DNA from: an uncultured Spirochaetota bacterium
GTDB taxonomy: Bacteria > Spirochaetota > Spirochaetia > SZUA-6 > CAVTHK01
Direction of reading: 5' to 3'
Assembly (NCBI GenBank): GCA_963734495.1
Contig: CAVTHK010000011.1
Coordinates: 762,259-826,258 of the forward strand
DNA: 64,000 nt
Every line of letters starts with the position of its first letter. Position 1 is the first letter of the stretch. The position numbers were made by a program, and so were the translations under genes. This document shows positions 51,831 to 62,316 of the stretch, piece by piece. The notes beneath the pieces are model-generated. The model was not told the DNA's origin. It ran no database searches and worked only from the letters and a program-made list of their open reading frames with translations.

Positions 51831-52500
51831 ATGAAGGAGACTCTATCCGGAATGTCAGCCTCGACGGCCGCGTGGCGATCGTCACCGGCGGCAACGGCGG
51901 CATAGGCAAAGGCATCGCGCGCGGGCTTGCGGGCGCCGGAGCCGCGGTGGTGATCGCGGCCCGCGACGAGGCCAGGACTGCCGCCGCTGTCGCCGAGATC
52001 CAGCGCGACTTTGCCGTGGAGGTTCTCGGCGTCGCAACCAACGTGCGCCACGAGCAGGACAACCAGCAGATGGTGCAGAAGACGCTCGACCGCTTCGGCC
52101 GCATCGACATCCTCGTGTGCAACGCGGGTCGCGGCGGTGGCAGGCCGGCGCAGGAGATGACCGTTGCGGAGTGGGACGAGATCCTCGAGACCAACCTTCG
52201 CAGTTTCTTTATCGCCTCCAAGGCCGTGTACCCGACCATGGTGCGGCAGGGCGGCGGCAAGATCATCGGCATCGGCTCGCTCACTTCGTTGATGGCCATC
52301 CGCGGCGGTGCCGCTTACGGGGCCAGCAAGGGCGGCGTCGTGCAGATCGCGCGGAGCCTCGCCGTGGGATGGGCCAGGGACAACATCCAGGTCAACTGCA
52401 TCCTTCCCGGCTGGGTGCGCACGGACATGACCGAGCGCTCCCGCATGAACAAGGCCGGGTTCATAAGCGGCGTGGAGGGACCGGACGCCGGCGGCGTACC
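51831..52500 (+). pseudogene. Truncated SDR (KduD/IdnO-like) oxidoreductase
   Basis: AGGAGG RBS plus ATG 51831, frameshift near 51855. TGGNGGIG, NAG, YGASKGG, QVNCILPGW. Similarity stops after (R)TPA and the last ~35 aa are missing. Confidence 0.7.
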
Positions 52501-52609
52501 TGTCCCACCCGTTCTCGAGGCGCCGCCCGCCCGTTGCCGTCCCTGGCGCCGGCACGCGCAGGCGAGGCCGGTGCCGCCGCACCCGGTCCGCCATCAACAG
52601 GAGAGAGAA

Positions 52610-55120
52610 ATGAAGAGCACCACAGAGCTGAGCAGTTGGCAGATCGTCCGGCTGGATCCATGCCAGAGGCTCAGCGAAGAGTGGCTGCGCTCGGCCCGCA
52701 GGGACGGCCCCGGAGGCGAATGGATCGAGGCGCAGGCGCCTGCGCAGGTGCACGAGATACTGCTGAGCCACGGGATGATCAAGGACCCATCTCTGTTGAA
52801 CGCGGCCAGAGAGTGCCTGTGGGTGGCGGAAAGCGACTGGGTCTACAGGTGCGCCTTCGCGGCGCCGGAATCCAGTGGCAGGGCCTACCTCCGATTTGGC
52901 GGCCTCGACACGCTGGTCGACGTCTACCTCAACGAGGAGCACGTGGCCTATCACGACGACATGTACGTCCCGTTGGAGATCGACGTCACAGGGCGCCTGA
53001 AGAAGGAGAACTTCCTCATTCTCCACTTTCATTCCCCTCATGACTTCATCAAGAGGAACAAGCTGCCCGCCGAGTGGGTGGGCAAGGTCAAACCCAACCG
53101 CCTGATCCGCAAGGACGACATGGACTTCTCGGACTACCTCGGTGTGAAGCCCTATCTGACCCGCATAGGGGTCTACGACAGGATCACATTCGAGGTGGTC
53201 GACGAGCTCGAGATCCGGGAAGTCGATGTCGCCACGAGCCTGGCCGATGGGTACAGGAGCGCGGCGGTCGATCTGGCCGTGCGCGGCCGCGGACACGGCG
53301 ACGGCGCCCGGCTCAGGGTCGACCTGCTCGGCCCGGATCGAAAGGTCGTCGCAACCCGCACGGACCCGATTGCCCCGGCGGCTGGAGCAGACGGCGACGC
53401 CTGGACTCTCAGGTGCCGGATCGTCGTGAAAGACGCGCAGCTTTGGTGGCCGCGGGGCTACGGCAGTCAGCCGCTCTACGACCTGACCGTCTCCCTCGTC
53501 CGTGCGGGCGAGACAAAGGACGTCGACAGGAGGCGGATCGGCTTCAGGGACGCCAGGATGGTCAAGCCCTTCGACTTCGTGATCAACGGCCGGACCATCA
53601 AGCTGTGGGGCGCTCAGCCCGCCCAGGTCCAGGGAATCACGCACTGCTGGAACAGTGAGAAGGCCAGGATCACGCTGGACATGGCCGAGAACTGCAACAT
53701 GAATGCTCTCCGGATATGGGGAGGCTCGGACAGGTACGGCGACGACTACTACGACGAGGCCGACAGGAGGGGGATCCTCATCTGGCAGGAGTTCTTCCAC
53801 GACTACGGCATGTACCCGGACACGCGGGAATACCGGGACCGCTGCAGGAAGGAAGTGGAGTTCCAGGTCAAGCGACTGAAGCATCATCCGTGCCTGCTGT
53901 TCTGGTGCGGCGGAAACGAAAGCATCATGGGCGCGGAGTTCGATCACCCGGGAGAGAAGTGCATCGGGATCGAGATATTCACAGAAGACTACAGGAAGGT
54001 GTGCGAGACCCTGGACCCGCAGCGCTACTTCCACATCAGTTCCCCCTCGGGGGGCTCCTACGCCAATGATCCCCTGGGGGGAGACACGCACAGCTACACG
54101 AACCAGCGTTTCGTGCCCGGGTCCGACTACCCGGTGATGGTGGCCGAGGAGATCAGGGCCTCCGCGCCGTCGCTCAAGAGCCTGCTCAGGTACCTGCCGG
54201 ACGGCCTGGCCTGGCCAAAGGGCTATTCCGGGATGGTCACGAAGGACGGCGAGTATCCCTGGCCGGACACGTGGACCCAGCGCACGGGCACCCAGGCCTG
54301 GAAGAAGATCCCCGAGATCGAGCGGTTCTACGACTCGGATGACCTGGAGTCGGCTGTGTACAAGTTCGGCGCCGCCCACGCGCTGTACCTCCGCAGGATC
54401 CTGGAGAACAACAGGAGAGGGAAGCCGTCTGAGCGGCCCGACGGAGAGCGGATCTGCAAGGGTCACTTCGTCTGCCGGTGGAACGACTGCTGGCCCATCA
54501 TCTACGGGAGCATGCTCGACTACTACCTCGAGCCGTACATGCCCTATTACGCCACGAAAAGGGCCTACGAACCGGTGCTTCTGTCCTTCGACATCCAGAA
54601 CTTCATCTACCTCTGGATCGTGAACGACACGCCTGGCGACGTCGAAGGGACGGTCTCGGTGGGGCTCTTTAATATGGCGAAGAACGCCGTCTTCAAGGAG
54701 ACGCGGAGGGAAGTTCGGGCGCGCAGTGGAGAGTCGAAGGTCATAACCGACCTCAACGAGTTCGGCCAGTTCTTCCGCGAATACGTTCTCTATGCGCGAA
54801 TGGTGGACCGAAGGGGGAACGTTATCGCCTGGACACACGACTTCGCCGACATAGAGCGGCACCTGAAGTTCCCCGACGCGAAGCTTGAGGTGCAGATCAC
54901 GGGAAACGAGCTTTCCATCACGACCGACAGGTTCGCGCGATGCGTGGAGCTCGGCGGCGACGACGATGGGGACGAGTTCGGTTGGGTGTTCGAGGATAAC
55001 TACTTCGACCTGCTCCCCGGAGAGGCGAAGAAGGTGAGAATCCTGGGAAGACACAAGAGGGGAACCATCACTGCGAAGCCCCATTTCTCGGGCTCTGCGA
55101 CCTCTGTGGAGTACGCGTAA
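52610..55120 (+). CDS. Glycoside hydrolase family 2, beta-mannosidase-like, no signal peptide
   Basis: Own RBS AGGAG, F.GLDT, LWWP.GYG.Q.LY, N.LR.WGG, D..GILIWQEF, HHP....WCGGNE, DNYFDLLPGE. Confidence 0.88.
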   Translation: MKSTTELSSWQIVRLDPCQRLSEEWLRSARRDGPGGEWIEAQAPAQVHEILLSHGMIKDPSLLNAARECLWVAESDWVYRCAFAAPESSGRAYLRFGGLDTLVDVYLNEEHVAYHDDMYVPLEIDVTGRLKKENFLILHFHSPHDFIKRNKLPAEWVGKVKPNRLIRKDDMDFSDYLGVKPYLTRIGVYDRITFEVVDELEIREVDVATSLADGYRSAAVDLAVRGRGHGDGARLRVDLLGPDRKVVATRTDPIAPAAGADGDAWTLRCRIVVKDAQLWWPRGYGSQPLYDLTVSLVRAGETKDVDRRRIGFRDARMVKPFDFVINGRTIKLWGAQPAQVQGITHCWNSEKARITLDMAENCNMNALRIWGGSDRYGDDYYDEADRRGILIWQEFFHDYGMYPDTREYRDRCRKEVEFQVKRLKHHPCLLFWCGGNESIMGAEFDHPGEKCIGIEIFTEDYRKVCETLDPQRYFHISSPSGGSYANDPLGGDTHSYTNQRFVPGSDYPVMVAEEIRASAPSLKSLLRYLPDGLAWPKGYSGMVTKDGEYPWPDTWTQRTGTQAWKKIPEIERFYDSDDLESAVYKFGAAHALYLRRILENNRRGKPSERPDGERICKGHFVCRWNDCWPIIYGSMLDYYLEPYMPYYATKRAYEPVLLSFDIQNFIYLWIVNDTPGDVEGTVSVGLFNMAKNAVFKETRREVRARSGESKVITDLNEFGQFFREYVLYARMVDRRGNVIAWTHDFADIERHLKFPDAKLEVQITGNELSITTDRFARCVELGGDDDGDEFGWVFEDNYFDLLPGEAKKVRILGRHKRGTITAKPHFSGSATSVEYA

Positions 55121-55151
55121 CGGCCCGGACTTGTTCCAGAGGAGGCGGAAG

Positions 55152-56114
55152 ATGCGTGTGGTCGTGATCGGCGGCAGCGGACACATCGGGACCTACCTGG
55201 TGCCGCGGCTCGTGGAGGCAGGTTACGAAGTGGTGTCGGTAAGCCGAGGCCAGCGTGAAGCGTACCAGTCACACGGCGCGTGGAGCCATGTCCAGAAGTT
55301 GGTCATGGATCGCGCCGAGGGTGAGAAGACCGGCGGGTTCGGCAAGAGCATCGTCGGGCTGAAGCCCGACGTCGTCGTCGACCTCATCTGCTTCAAGCTC
55401 GACAGTGCCCGCCACCTGGTGGAAGCCCTGAAGGGCAGGGTGCAGCACTACCTCTGCGCCGGGACGATATGGGTGCACGGCGCGGCGGTCAAAGTGCCCG
55501 CGACGGAAGACCAGCCCAGGCGCCCCTTTGGCGAGTACGGGATCGAGAAGGCGAACATCGAGGCATACCTGCTGAGGGAGGCCAGGTTCGCCGGTTTCCC
55601 GGCCACCGTGCTTCACCCGGGGCATATCACCGGGCCTGGCTGGGTCTGCATCAACCCCGCCGGCAACTTCGATCCCAAGGTGTACGAAGAACTGGCCCGC
55701 GGCGACGACGTCGCTCTGCCGAACCTCGGCATGGAGACCGTGCACCACGTCCACGCCGACGACGTCGCCCAGGGATTCATGAAGGCGATCTTCAGCTGGA
55801 GGACCTCCGTCGGCGAGAACTTCCATGTGGTCTCCCCCGAAGCCCTGACTCTGCGAGGGTTCGCGGAGTCGGTGGCCGCGTGGTTCGGCAAGCCAGCCAA
55901 CCTGCGCTACCTGCCGTGGGAGGAGTGGAAGAAGACGGTCAGAGATCCGAGCTATGCCCGCTCGACCTGGGATCACATAGCCCACAGCGACAACTACAGC
56001 ATAGAGAAGGCGCGACGGCTTATCGGCTACCAGCCTCGATATTCGACGCTGGAGGCGGTGCATGAGTGCGTCCAGTGGCTGATCGAGCACAAAGTCATCG
56101 ACGTGTCCCGGTAG
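55152..56114 (+). CDS. NAD-dependent epimerase/dehydratase family protein
   Basis: IGGSGHIG, YGIEK (YxxxK), HVHADDVA. Confidence 0.9.
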   Translation: MRVVVIGGSGHIGTYLVPRLVEAGYEVVSVSRGQREAYQSHGAWSHVQKLVMDRAEGEKTGGFGKSIVGLKPDVVVDLICFKLDSARHLVEALKGRVQHYLCAGTIWVHGAAVKVPATEDQPRRPFGEYGIEKANIEAYLLREARFAGFPATVLHPGHITGPGWVCINPAGNFDPKVYEELARGDDVALPNLGMETVHHVHADDVAQGFMKAIFSWRTSVGENFHVVSPEALTLRGFAESVAAWFGKPANLRYLPWEEWKKTVRDPSYARSTWDHIAHSDNYSIEKARRLIGYQPRYSTLEAVHECVQWLIEHKVIDVSR

Positions 56115-56215
56115 GCGGGTTTGGCGCCTCGGACGTTCATCCGTCCGCTTTCAGCACCACGGCCTCGTAGTGCTCGAGCCGCGGCAGGACGAACTCGACC
56201 GCGCCGTCCCGCACT

Positions 56216-56490
56216 GATAGCGGTTTTCATGCTGCGGAATGAGTTTGCAGGCGTTCTGATGCTCGCCGGCCCCCTCGGTGGTCTTCTGGGACAGCCGCCG
56301 GACAGGGGGCAGGCGGCTCCAGCGGGAGTGGGTGCGGCAGGAGTACAGGCCGTAGCGGCGGATGGAATGCACGGCTTTGGGCGGGATGTGGTGGGTGAGC
56401 TCGGCGATGAAGTCGGCGACGGCGAAGAGCTACCGGTTCCCGCCGAAGTTGGTATGAAAGAGCACCTTGCCGCCCAGTTCCTCGAACCAC
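56216..56490 (-). mobile_element. Remnant of an IS91-like (Y2) transposase 3' end
   Basis: EELGGKVLFHT..(stop)LFAVADFIAELTHHIPPKAVHSIRRYGLYS aligns with the transposase at 63352-64000. Confidence 0.8.
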
Positions 56491-56534
56491 GAGTGGCGCG
56501 CCGGCGGCCGTGGACGCCCACCTGGCCTGGTCCC

Positions 56535-57566
56535 CTACAGCAGCGGGATGCCGGCTGCCGCGCAACGCTCGCGCATCGCGGTCGGCCAGACTCCCACCTG
56601 GACCTCGCCGACGTGCGCCTTGTGCAGCAGGAGCATGCACATCCGCGACTGCCCGACGCCGCCGCCGATCGACAGCGGCAGCGTGCCGTCGGCCACGCCG
56701 CGGTGGAACTCCAGCGCCGCACGGTCGCTTTGTCCCATGAGGGCGAGCTGACGTGAGAGCGAGTGGGCGTCGACGCGGATGCCCATCGAGGAGAGCTCCA
56801 GCGCGCGCCTGCGCGTCGCATCCCACGCGATGATGTCGCCGTTGAGGCCGGGCAACCCGTTGCCGTCCACGGAAGTCCAGTCGTCGTAGTCGGCGGCGCG
56901 CAGGTCGTGCGGGCTTCCCGACCGCAGCGCCGCGCCGATTCCGACCACGAAGGTCGCGCCGTGCTCCGCGGCCGCGTTGTCCTCGCGCTCGCGGGGCTGC
57001 AGCCCCGGCCAGCGGTCCTCGAGCTCCCGGGCGTGGACGAACGTGATGGCGCGCGGAAGCCGCTTCTCGAGGACGGGGAAGGCGGCGCAAACGCGCTCCT
57101 CGGTGTCGAGCAGCGCCTCGTATATGCGGCGAACCACCGACTTGAGGAACTCGACGGTCCGGTCCCCCGGCCCGATCACCAGCTCCCAGTCCCACTGGTC
57201 GACATACGCGCTGTGGATGTCGTCGACCGCTTCGTCCTTGCGCACCGCGTCCATGTCCGTATAGAGACCGGTCCCTCGGGCAAAACCGTAGCGGCTGAGG
57301 GCCATTCGCTTCCACTTGGCGAGGCTGTGGACCATCTCGACCGGATGCTCGACCTGGGGCACCCGGAAGCTCACCGGCACCTGGGTGCCGGCGAGGTCGT
57401 CCTGGAGCCCGTTGCCCGTCTCGAGAAAGCGAGGAGCGCTCACGCGCTCGAGGCGCAGCGACTCCGCGAGCCGCCTCTCGAAGGTGTCCTTGATGAGCTT
57501 GATGCCGCGCTCGGTGTCGCGGAGGCCCAGCTTGGGGCGATAGAGGTCCGTTTCTCGAGTGTCCAT
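56535..57566 (-). CDS. asnA: Aspartate--ammonia ligase
   Basis: VHSLAKWKR, GLYTDM.A.R.DE, HS.YVDQWDWE, RAADYDDW, ELSSMGIRV, SIGGG.GQSR. Confidence 0.96.
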   Translation of the reverse strand: MDTRETDLYRPKLGLRDTERGIKLIKDTFERRLAESLRLERVSAPRFLETGNGLQDDLAGTQVPVSFRVPQVEHPVEMVHSLAKWKRMALSRYGFARGTGLYTDMDAVRKDEAVDDIHSAYVDQWDWELVIGPGDRTVEFLKSVVRRIYEALLDTEERVCAAFPVLEKRLPRAITFVHARELEDRWPGLQPREREDNAAAEHGATFVVGIGAALRSGSPHDLRAADYDDWTSVDGNGLPGLNGDIIAWDATRRRALELSSMGIRVDAHSLSRQLALMGQSDRAALEFHRGVADGTLPLSIGGGVGQSRMCMLLLHKAHVGEVQVGVWPTAMRERCAAAGIPLL

Positions 57567-57625
57567 CGTGGGCGCCACCTTAGCGGAGGGGGCGCCCGCG
57601 CGTCAAACCGAGGACCCGCCCGGGC

Positions 57626-58142
57626 TCAGCGCCGACTCGGCAGGCCGACGGCGGCCAGGCTCGCAAGCACGGCGCCGCGGTGCTCCCCGTAGTGCCCGAA
57701 GGGGCCAGCGGCCTCGACGAGAGCGAGGTCGCGGCCGGAGACCGCGAGGGCCGTCAGGTAGACCCAGTCCTCGCCGCCCAGCGGCGCGACCCACTCGTAC
57801 GGCGCGCCGTCGCCGATGGGAGCCTAAGGGCTCCTCCGCGAGCAGGCGGGGCGGAGGCCCTCAAGGTGCACATGCCGGGCAGCGGCTTCAGAACGCGAGT
57901 CCCTGTTCGGGCTCGTTGGGCACCAGCCTCAGGCTGAGGACGACCGCTTCGGGCTGACCGCCCGGTACCGCTCGCCCTCGAAGAGGGCGAAGCCGGCCGG
58001 CCGCTCCGGGACCGGGCCGCGCTTGACGCACGAGACGACCGGTGCGGCCACGGCAAGGAGCGCGAGGCGCGCCACGCTGTCTACTCGGACAAAGCCCCAA
58101 CGGCGCAGACACGGCGGCGATGTGTCTCGCCGTCAAACACAT
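57626..58142 (-). pseudogene. Lipoprotein gene disrupted by frameshifts and a 41-bp internal inversion
   Basis: Segments VARLALLAVAAPVVSC, PAGFALFEGERYRAVSP, RLVPNEP..GLAF, [inverted WAEALKVHMPGSGF], RLLAEE, YEWVAP...VEAAG...* join into one coherent protein. Confidence 0.65.
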
Positions 58143-58272
58143 GACCTCCGCTATCAATAGGGAGCGGTGCGGCGCGCAGCGAGCCGCCGCTCTGGACCCC
58201 ATCGACGACGCTCTCCGCTACGGGGTGCGCGAACGCGCCGCGCCCGCATGTTTCCGCCCGGCGGCGGGGGGA

Positions 58273-60117
58273 TCAGTTCCCCCTCCTGCCGCCTCCCGAG
58301 CCGTCCTGCTCAATATCGACCCAGTGGCCGTTGATGAACGCCCTGGCCTTTCGCCTTTGCCTGGCCGGGCCGGCGTCCCCGGGCGGGCGCTCGCCCCGCG
58401 GGGCCCTCTCTATCGTCGGCCCGCCGGCCTGGGGCTGCGGGGCCTCCGGCCGGCCGCCGCGAACCGTCGGCTGGCCCGGACCGCGGGGACGATCCTGCTG
58501 CGCCTGACCGTTGTCGGGCGGCCGCACGAGGTCCTGCCCGGGGTTCTGCGGTCGCGGCGGGAGCGAGCGCTCCTGCGTCGCAGGGGGCCGCTGCTCGGGC
58601 TGCCGGCCCTCGGGCTGGGAAGCGCGGGGGCTCCGCAGGACCCTGAATCCCGGCCTGTCGACTCCCTCCTTCGCCGGCGGCCTCGAATCGGGTGTGGAAT
58701 CGAAGGGGCGGCCGGGTCTGGCCTGGATCTGTCTCTGGCGTTCATCGAAAGGTACCGGCGCGGGAGGGGGTTCGCGGCGAACCAGGACCGGCCGTCGGTC
58801 CAGCTCAGCCGGTGGTCGGGGAACCCTGCCGGCGGGCGCTTCCGGCCTGGCAAGGACGCTCTCGCGCCGGGGAACCAGCTGGGGGGCCATGCCCGTCACG
58901 GGAACCTGATCCGCGTGCTGGAACGGAACGGCCACACGGGAGATATGCTCGCCTCTGACGAAAGCCTGCCGCGGGACGAACGTCACCGCCCCGGCGACTG
59001 AGCGGTTGGCGTAGTGCGCCTGCGTGATATCGATGTCGATCCTGATGCTCGTGCCGACGTTGATGTTGATCCGCTGAACGTAGGTCGTGCTCACTCTGTA
59101 CGGCGGCACGTAGACCTCGCGAGGAGCCAGGGGGCACCAGCCGACTCCCTCACCGCCGGCGATCACCGGGCCGCGCTCTCCGCCGCCGATGAACACGACC
59201 AGCGCGGGGGCATAGACGGGGCGCACCACGCGGGGACCGGGCAGCCACACCCATGCGCCGGCGACGAACACCCAGCGCCCGTAGTGGAACGGGGCGAAGC
59301 CCCAAGGGGCTTCGTCGATCCAGGTCCACCCCCACGGGTCGACCCAGGCCCAGTGTCCAAAGCGGTAGGGCGCCCAACCGGCGGGCAGACTCCGGGGCGC
59401 CCAGCCGATGCCGTAGTCGGCGACCGGCTGCCAGGCGCCGTAGGCGTCCAAGTCTTCATATCCGACCATGGAATCCGACACGTAGCGGTTGTTGGCGAGC
59501 CGGTCCTCCCTCCCGTCCCGGACCGCGCACCAGCGGTCCCAGTCGTCCGGCGGAGGCGCCGCGCCGATCTCAAAGTCGGCATCCGCGTTCGCAACGGACA
59601 CCTGCTGGCCCGGGAACACGGGCACCGAGGACACGCTGGAAGCGAAGTCCGCTTTGCCGGACCTCACGATGACGTCCGATGTGCCATCGTCTTCGACGTT
59701 GATCTCGTACGAGCCCGGCTCGACGAGCTTGACGCTGGCGCCCGGTGTGGCGACCTCGAAGCTCTCGTCGGCAGCCAGCCCTCGAAGGCGGATGTTGATC
59801 GTGCCGTCGGAGAGCTGCAGCTGCACTGTCTGGTCGTCCAGTTGCAGGATGGAAAGCTCCGTGGCCGGCGCGAGCCTGACCGCGGTGGCCCCGATGTGGA
59901 TCTCGGCCTGCGAGGTCTCATCCGTCCAGAGATGGTCTGCGGTGGTCAGGGGGTAGTTGAGGGTCGCGGGGACCCACTCGTCCAGGCTGCCGGGCCGGAA
60001 GGAAACCTGGCCGTCGATCAGGTTGATCCTGCCGACAGTGGACGGCGGGTCCGCCCACAAAGCGGCCGCGCACGCCACCACCATGAATACAAGGGGGAAA
60101 GTGCGTTTGAAGTTCAA
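58273..60117 (-). CDS. Secreted FecR-like / DUF6600-type protein with Pro/Arg-rich tail
   Basis: GAGGAG RBS plus TTG, signal peptide, ADPP..VGR, LN.PLT..D.LWTD, DLD.YG.W, WAPYR.GHW.W..PWGWTW..APWGFAPFHYGRW. Confidence 0.8.
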   Translation of the reverse strand: MNFKRTFPLVFMVVACAAALWADPPSTVGRINLIDGQVSFRPGSLDEWVPATLNYPLTTADHLWTDETSQAEIHIGATAVRLAPATELSILQLDDQTVQLQLSDGTINIRLRGLAADESFEVATPGASVKLVEPGSYEINVEDDGTSDVIVRSGKADFASSVSSVPVFPGQQVSVANADADFEIGAAPPPDDWDRWCAVRDGREDRLANNRYVSDSMVGYEDLDAYGAWQPVADYGIGWAPRSLPAGWAPYRFGHWAWVDPWGWTWIDEAPWGFAPFHYGRWVFVAGAWVWLPGPRVVRPVYAPALVVFIGGGERGPVIAGGEGVGWCPLAPREVYVPPYRVSTTYVQRININVGTSIRIDIDITQAHYANRSVAGAVTFVPRQAFVRGEHISRVAVPFQHADQVPVTGMAPQLVPRRESVLARPEAPAGRVPRPPAELDRRPVLVRREPPPAPVPFDERQRQIQARPGRPFDSTPDSRPPAKEGVDRPGFRVLRSPRASQPEGRQPEQRPPATQERSLPPRPQNPGQDLVRPPDNGQAQQDRPRGPGQPTVRGGRPEAPQPQAGGPTIERAPRGERPPGDAGPARQRRKARAFINGHWVDIEQDGSGGGRRGN

Positions 60118-60607
60118 GCTGTTCTCCTCTTCGCCTGCTCGACACATGTAAAGATACTCCATCGTGAGCGCGCGGTCCGTCTCGGGCGATCGGCCGGCCA
60201 CCCCTGGACGCCGTCGGCTCTGCGGTCCTGTCCTTAAGTGCAACAACTGTCTGAGGTTCTTGTGTTACCCGGAGCGCAGCCATTCCGCCGCTATCTCGCG
60301 CGGAATATCTGCCAGCGTCGAGTAGGAGAAGTAGTTCAGGCCGAAGCTCCCCGAAAACGTCGTAGAGGATCCCCAGGGCAAGCGCCTGTATCTGCAGCAC
60401 AAGGCGGACCGCACCGTCCGCTTCTCGGTCGAGGTCGGTTTTCTGCGTCACACATGCGTAACAAGCGGTGCGTCACGAGCCGACCGCCTCACGGCCTGTA
60501 TAGTCAGGCCGATCGTTTGAGGCGACTGATGCGTGACGTGAGTTGAATGAGCCTCGCGGACAGAGGGATGGACCTGGATATGGGACGGCGCAGAGGCCGC
60601 CGAGGGT

Positions 60608-61768
60608 CTATGTCGGCTTCAGGGGCGCATCATCCCGGACTTCCGGCGCGGGCTCCCCAGGCTTCCACCCGGAAGCAGCCTGCGGCGCGGCGGCAGCCTC
60701 GAACTCCTCCTGCAGGGAGTCCAAAAGCTGCTTGACCGGGACAATCTCCGTCTCCCTGAAGGCGTTTGCCCCTGCAAACGCGAACCCGCTCTTGAGGTTG
60801 CCCTTCTTCGCGTTCATCAGGGCCAGCGCTATGCAGTAGGGGCTGTTCTGATAGTCGCAAGTCAGCAGGCAGTGATACGGGCATTTGTACGGCTTCCTCT
60901 TGCCCTCGTCGACATCGTCGATGAACCTGTTACGGATGGCCCGCCCGGGCATGCCGACAGGGCTCTTGATGATCACGATGTCTTCCGGCCTCGCTTCTAT
61001 GTAGGTCTTCTTGAACTCGGGGGATGCGTCGCATTCGTCGGTGGTGACGAACCGGGTCGCCATCTGCACTCCCGCGGTGCCCATCCGCATGTATTTCAAC
61101 ACGTCTCCGCCAGTGTAAATGCCGCCTGCAGCCACCACGGGTATTTCCTTGCCCGCGTGCTCCTCGAACGGCCGCACGGCCTCGATAACCTCGGGCACGA
61201 TGCTCTCCAACGCGTAGTGCGGATCGCCGATCTGCTCTGGCTTGAAACCGAGGTGCCCCCCGGCCATCGGACCCTCGACGACGACCGCGTCGGGCACATA
61301 GTGGTGTTTTTCGAGCCAGCGCCTGATGATGATCCGCGCCGCCTTGCCCGAAGACACGATGGGGACCAGCTTGGTCTTCCTGCTTGCTCCGAGCAACTCG
61401 GGGAGGTTCATCGGCAGCCCGGCGCCTGCGAAAATGACATCGATCGCCTCTTCGACGGCGACCCGCACCATGTCCGCGAAGTTCGACATGGCGACCATGA
61501 TGTTCACCCCCAGGATTCCCCGCGTCCGCTCCCTCGCCTTACGGATCTCGTTTCTCAACGCCCTGATGTTGGCTTCGAGGAAGTTTGAAAAGAAGTCCGG
61601 CTCGTTCATGCCAATGGCCGCGGCGCTGATGACGCCGATCGCTCCCTCGTTCGCCACGGCGGATGCGAGTCCCGACATCGAGATGCCGACTCCCATTCCT
61701 CCCTGGATGACCGGGATCCGGGCACCCATGAGGCGCTGTCCGAGCTTGGCAAGGCTGTGAAACTGCAC
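60608..61768 (-). CDS. Nitronate monooxygenase / FabK-FabX family flavoprotein
   Basis: IQGGMGVGIS, GAGLP, EGP.AGGHLG, AAGGI, QMATRF, SPVGMPGRA, C-terminal CxxxCxxxC...YC. Confidence 0.88.
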   Translation of the reverse strand: MQFHSLAKLGQRLMGARIPVIQGGMGVGISMSGLASAVANEGAIGVISAAAIGMNEPDFFSNFLEANIRALRNEIRKARERTRGILGVNIMVAMSNFADMVRVAVEEAIDVIFAGAGLPMNLPELLGASRKTKLVPIVSSGKAARIIIRRWLEKHHYVPDAVVVEGPMAGGHLGFKPEQIGDPHYALESIVPEVIEAVRPFEEHAGKEIPVVAAGGIYTGGDVLKYMRMGTAGVQMATRFVTTDECDASPEFKKTYIEARPEDIVIIKSPVGMPGRAIRNRFIDDVDEGKRKPYKCPYHCLLTCDYQNSPYCIALALMNAKKGNLKSGFAFAGANAFRETEIVPVKQLLDSLQEEFEAAAAPQAASGWKPGEPAPEVRDDAPLKPT

Positions 61769-62316
61769 TGGTATCGACCTTTCAGATACGGCTCAGGAGA
61801 TGCACTGGCGCCATTGCGCGCGGAATCGACACTCCTTGTGGAAATGCCGCTGAACGTTCCTGCCGGAGGGTTCATGAGCCTGCACCGCACCTGGCGGCGG
61901 CGCACGCCCAATGATGAGACCGCCTCAGGGCGTGCAAGGTTGCACGAGAACGTCACCCCGTTCGCGCCGGAAAGGCGGTCCTGCGTCCGCGTCCTGGCGG
62001 CGTGCCGCGCAATCGCAACCACAGAGTTGCTGGTACCGAAAGCTATCCCGCACCCGTGCTGTATTCTGATCGCGGACGAAGGCCCTGCCCACAGGCTTTA
62101 AGTGGGGCGTGTGCTCGACCGCCTCGCGCGAGGGCGGTCGCGGATAGTGAGGACTCGGCCGGAAGCACGGAACGCCGGGCGCGAGTGACGCGCGCCGCAT
62201 CACGGCCCAGTGGCGCACGCGGTGGAAACAGCCGGCAGCACGGCTTCGACAGGTCCCTCGGCGTCATGGCACCTCGAGTCGGAGGCGTGACGTGCGCTGC
62301 CGGCCAAAGCCGCCGG

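Noticed and set aside
51872-55120. Apparent 1082-aa SDR-GH2 fusion ORF
   Set aside because: The SDR is frameshifted at its start and truncated, the linker is non-protein-like, and GH2 has its own RBS and ATG at 52610. The in-frame join looks accidental.
57600-58270. Structured ncRNA (tmRNA, RNase P, SRP) in the asnA upstream gap
   Set aside because: No hallmark motifs, and the region is explained by a disrupted lipoprotein gene.
60240-60600. Possible small gene or remnant between the DUF6600-like and NMO genes
   Set aside because: Only short frames with no recognisable motif or convincing start, so it cannot be supported.
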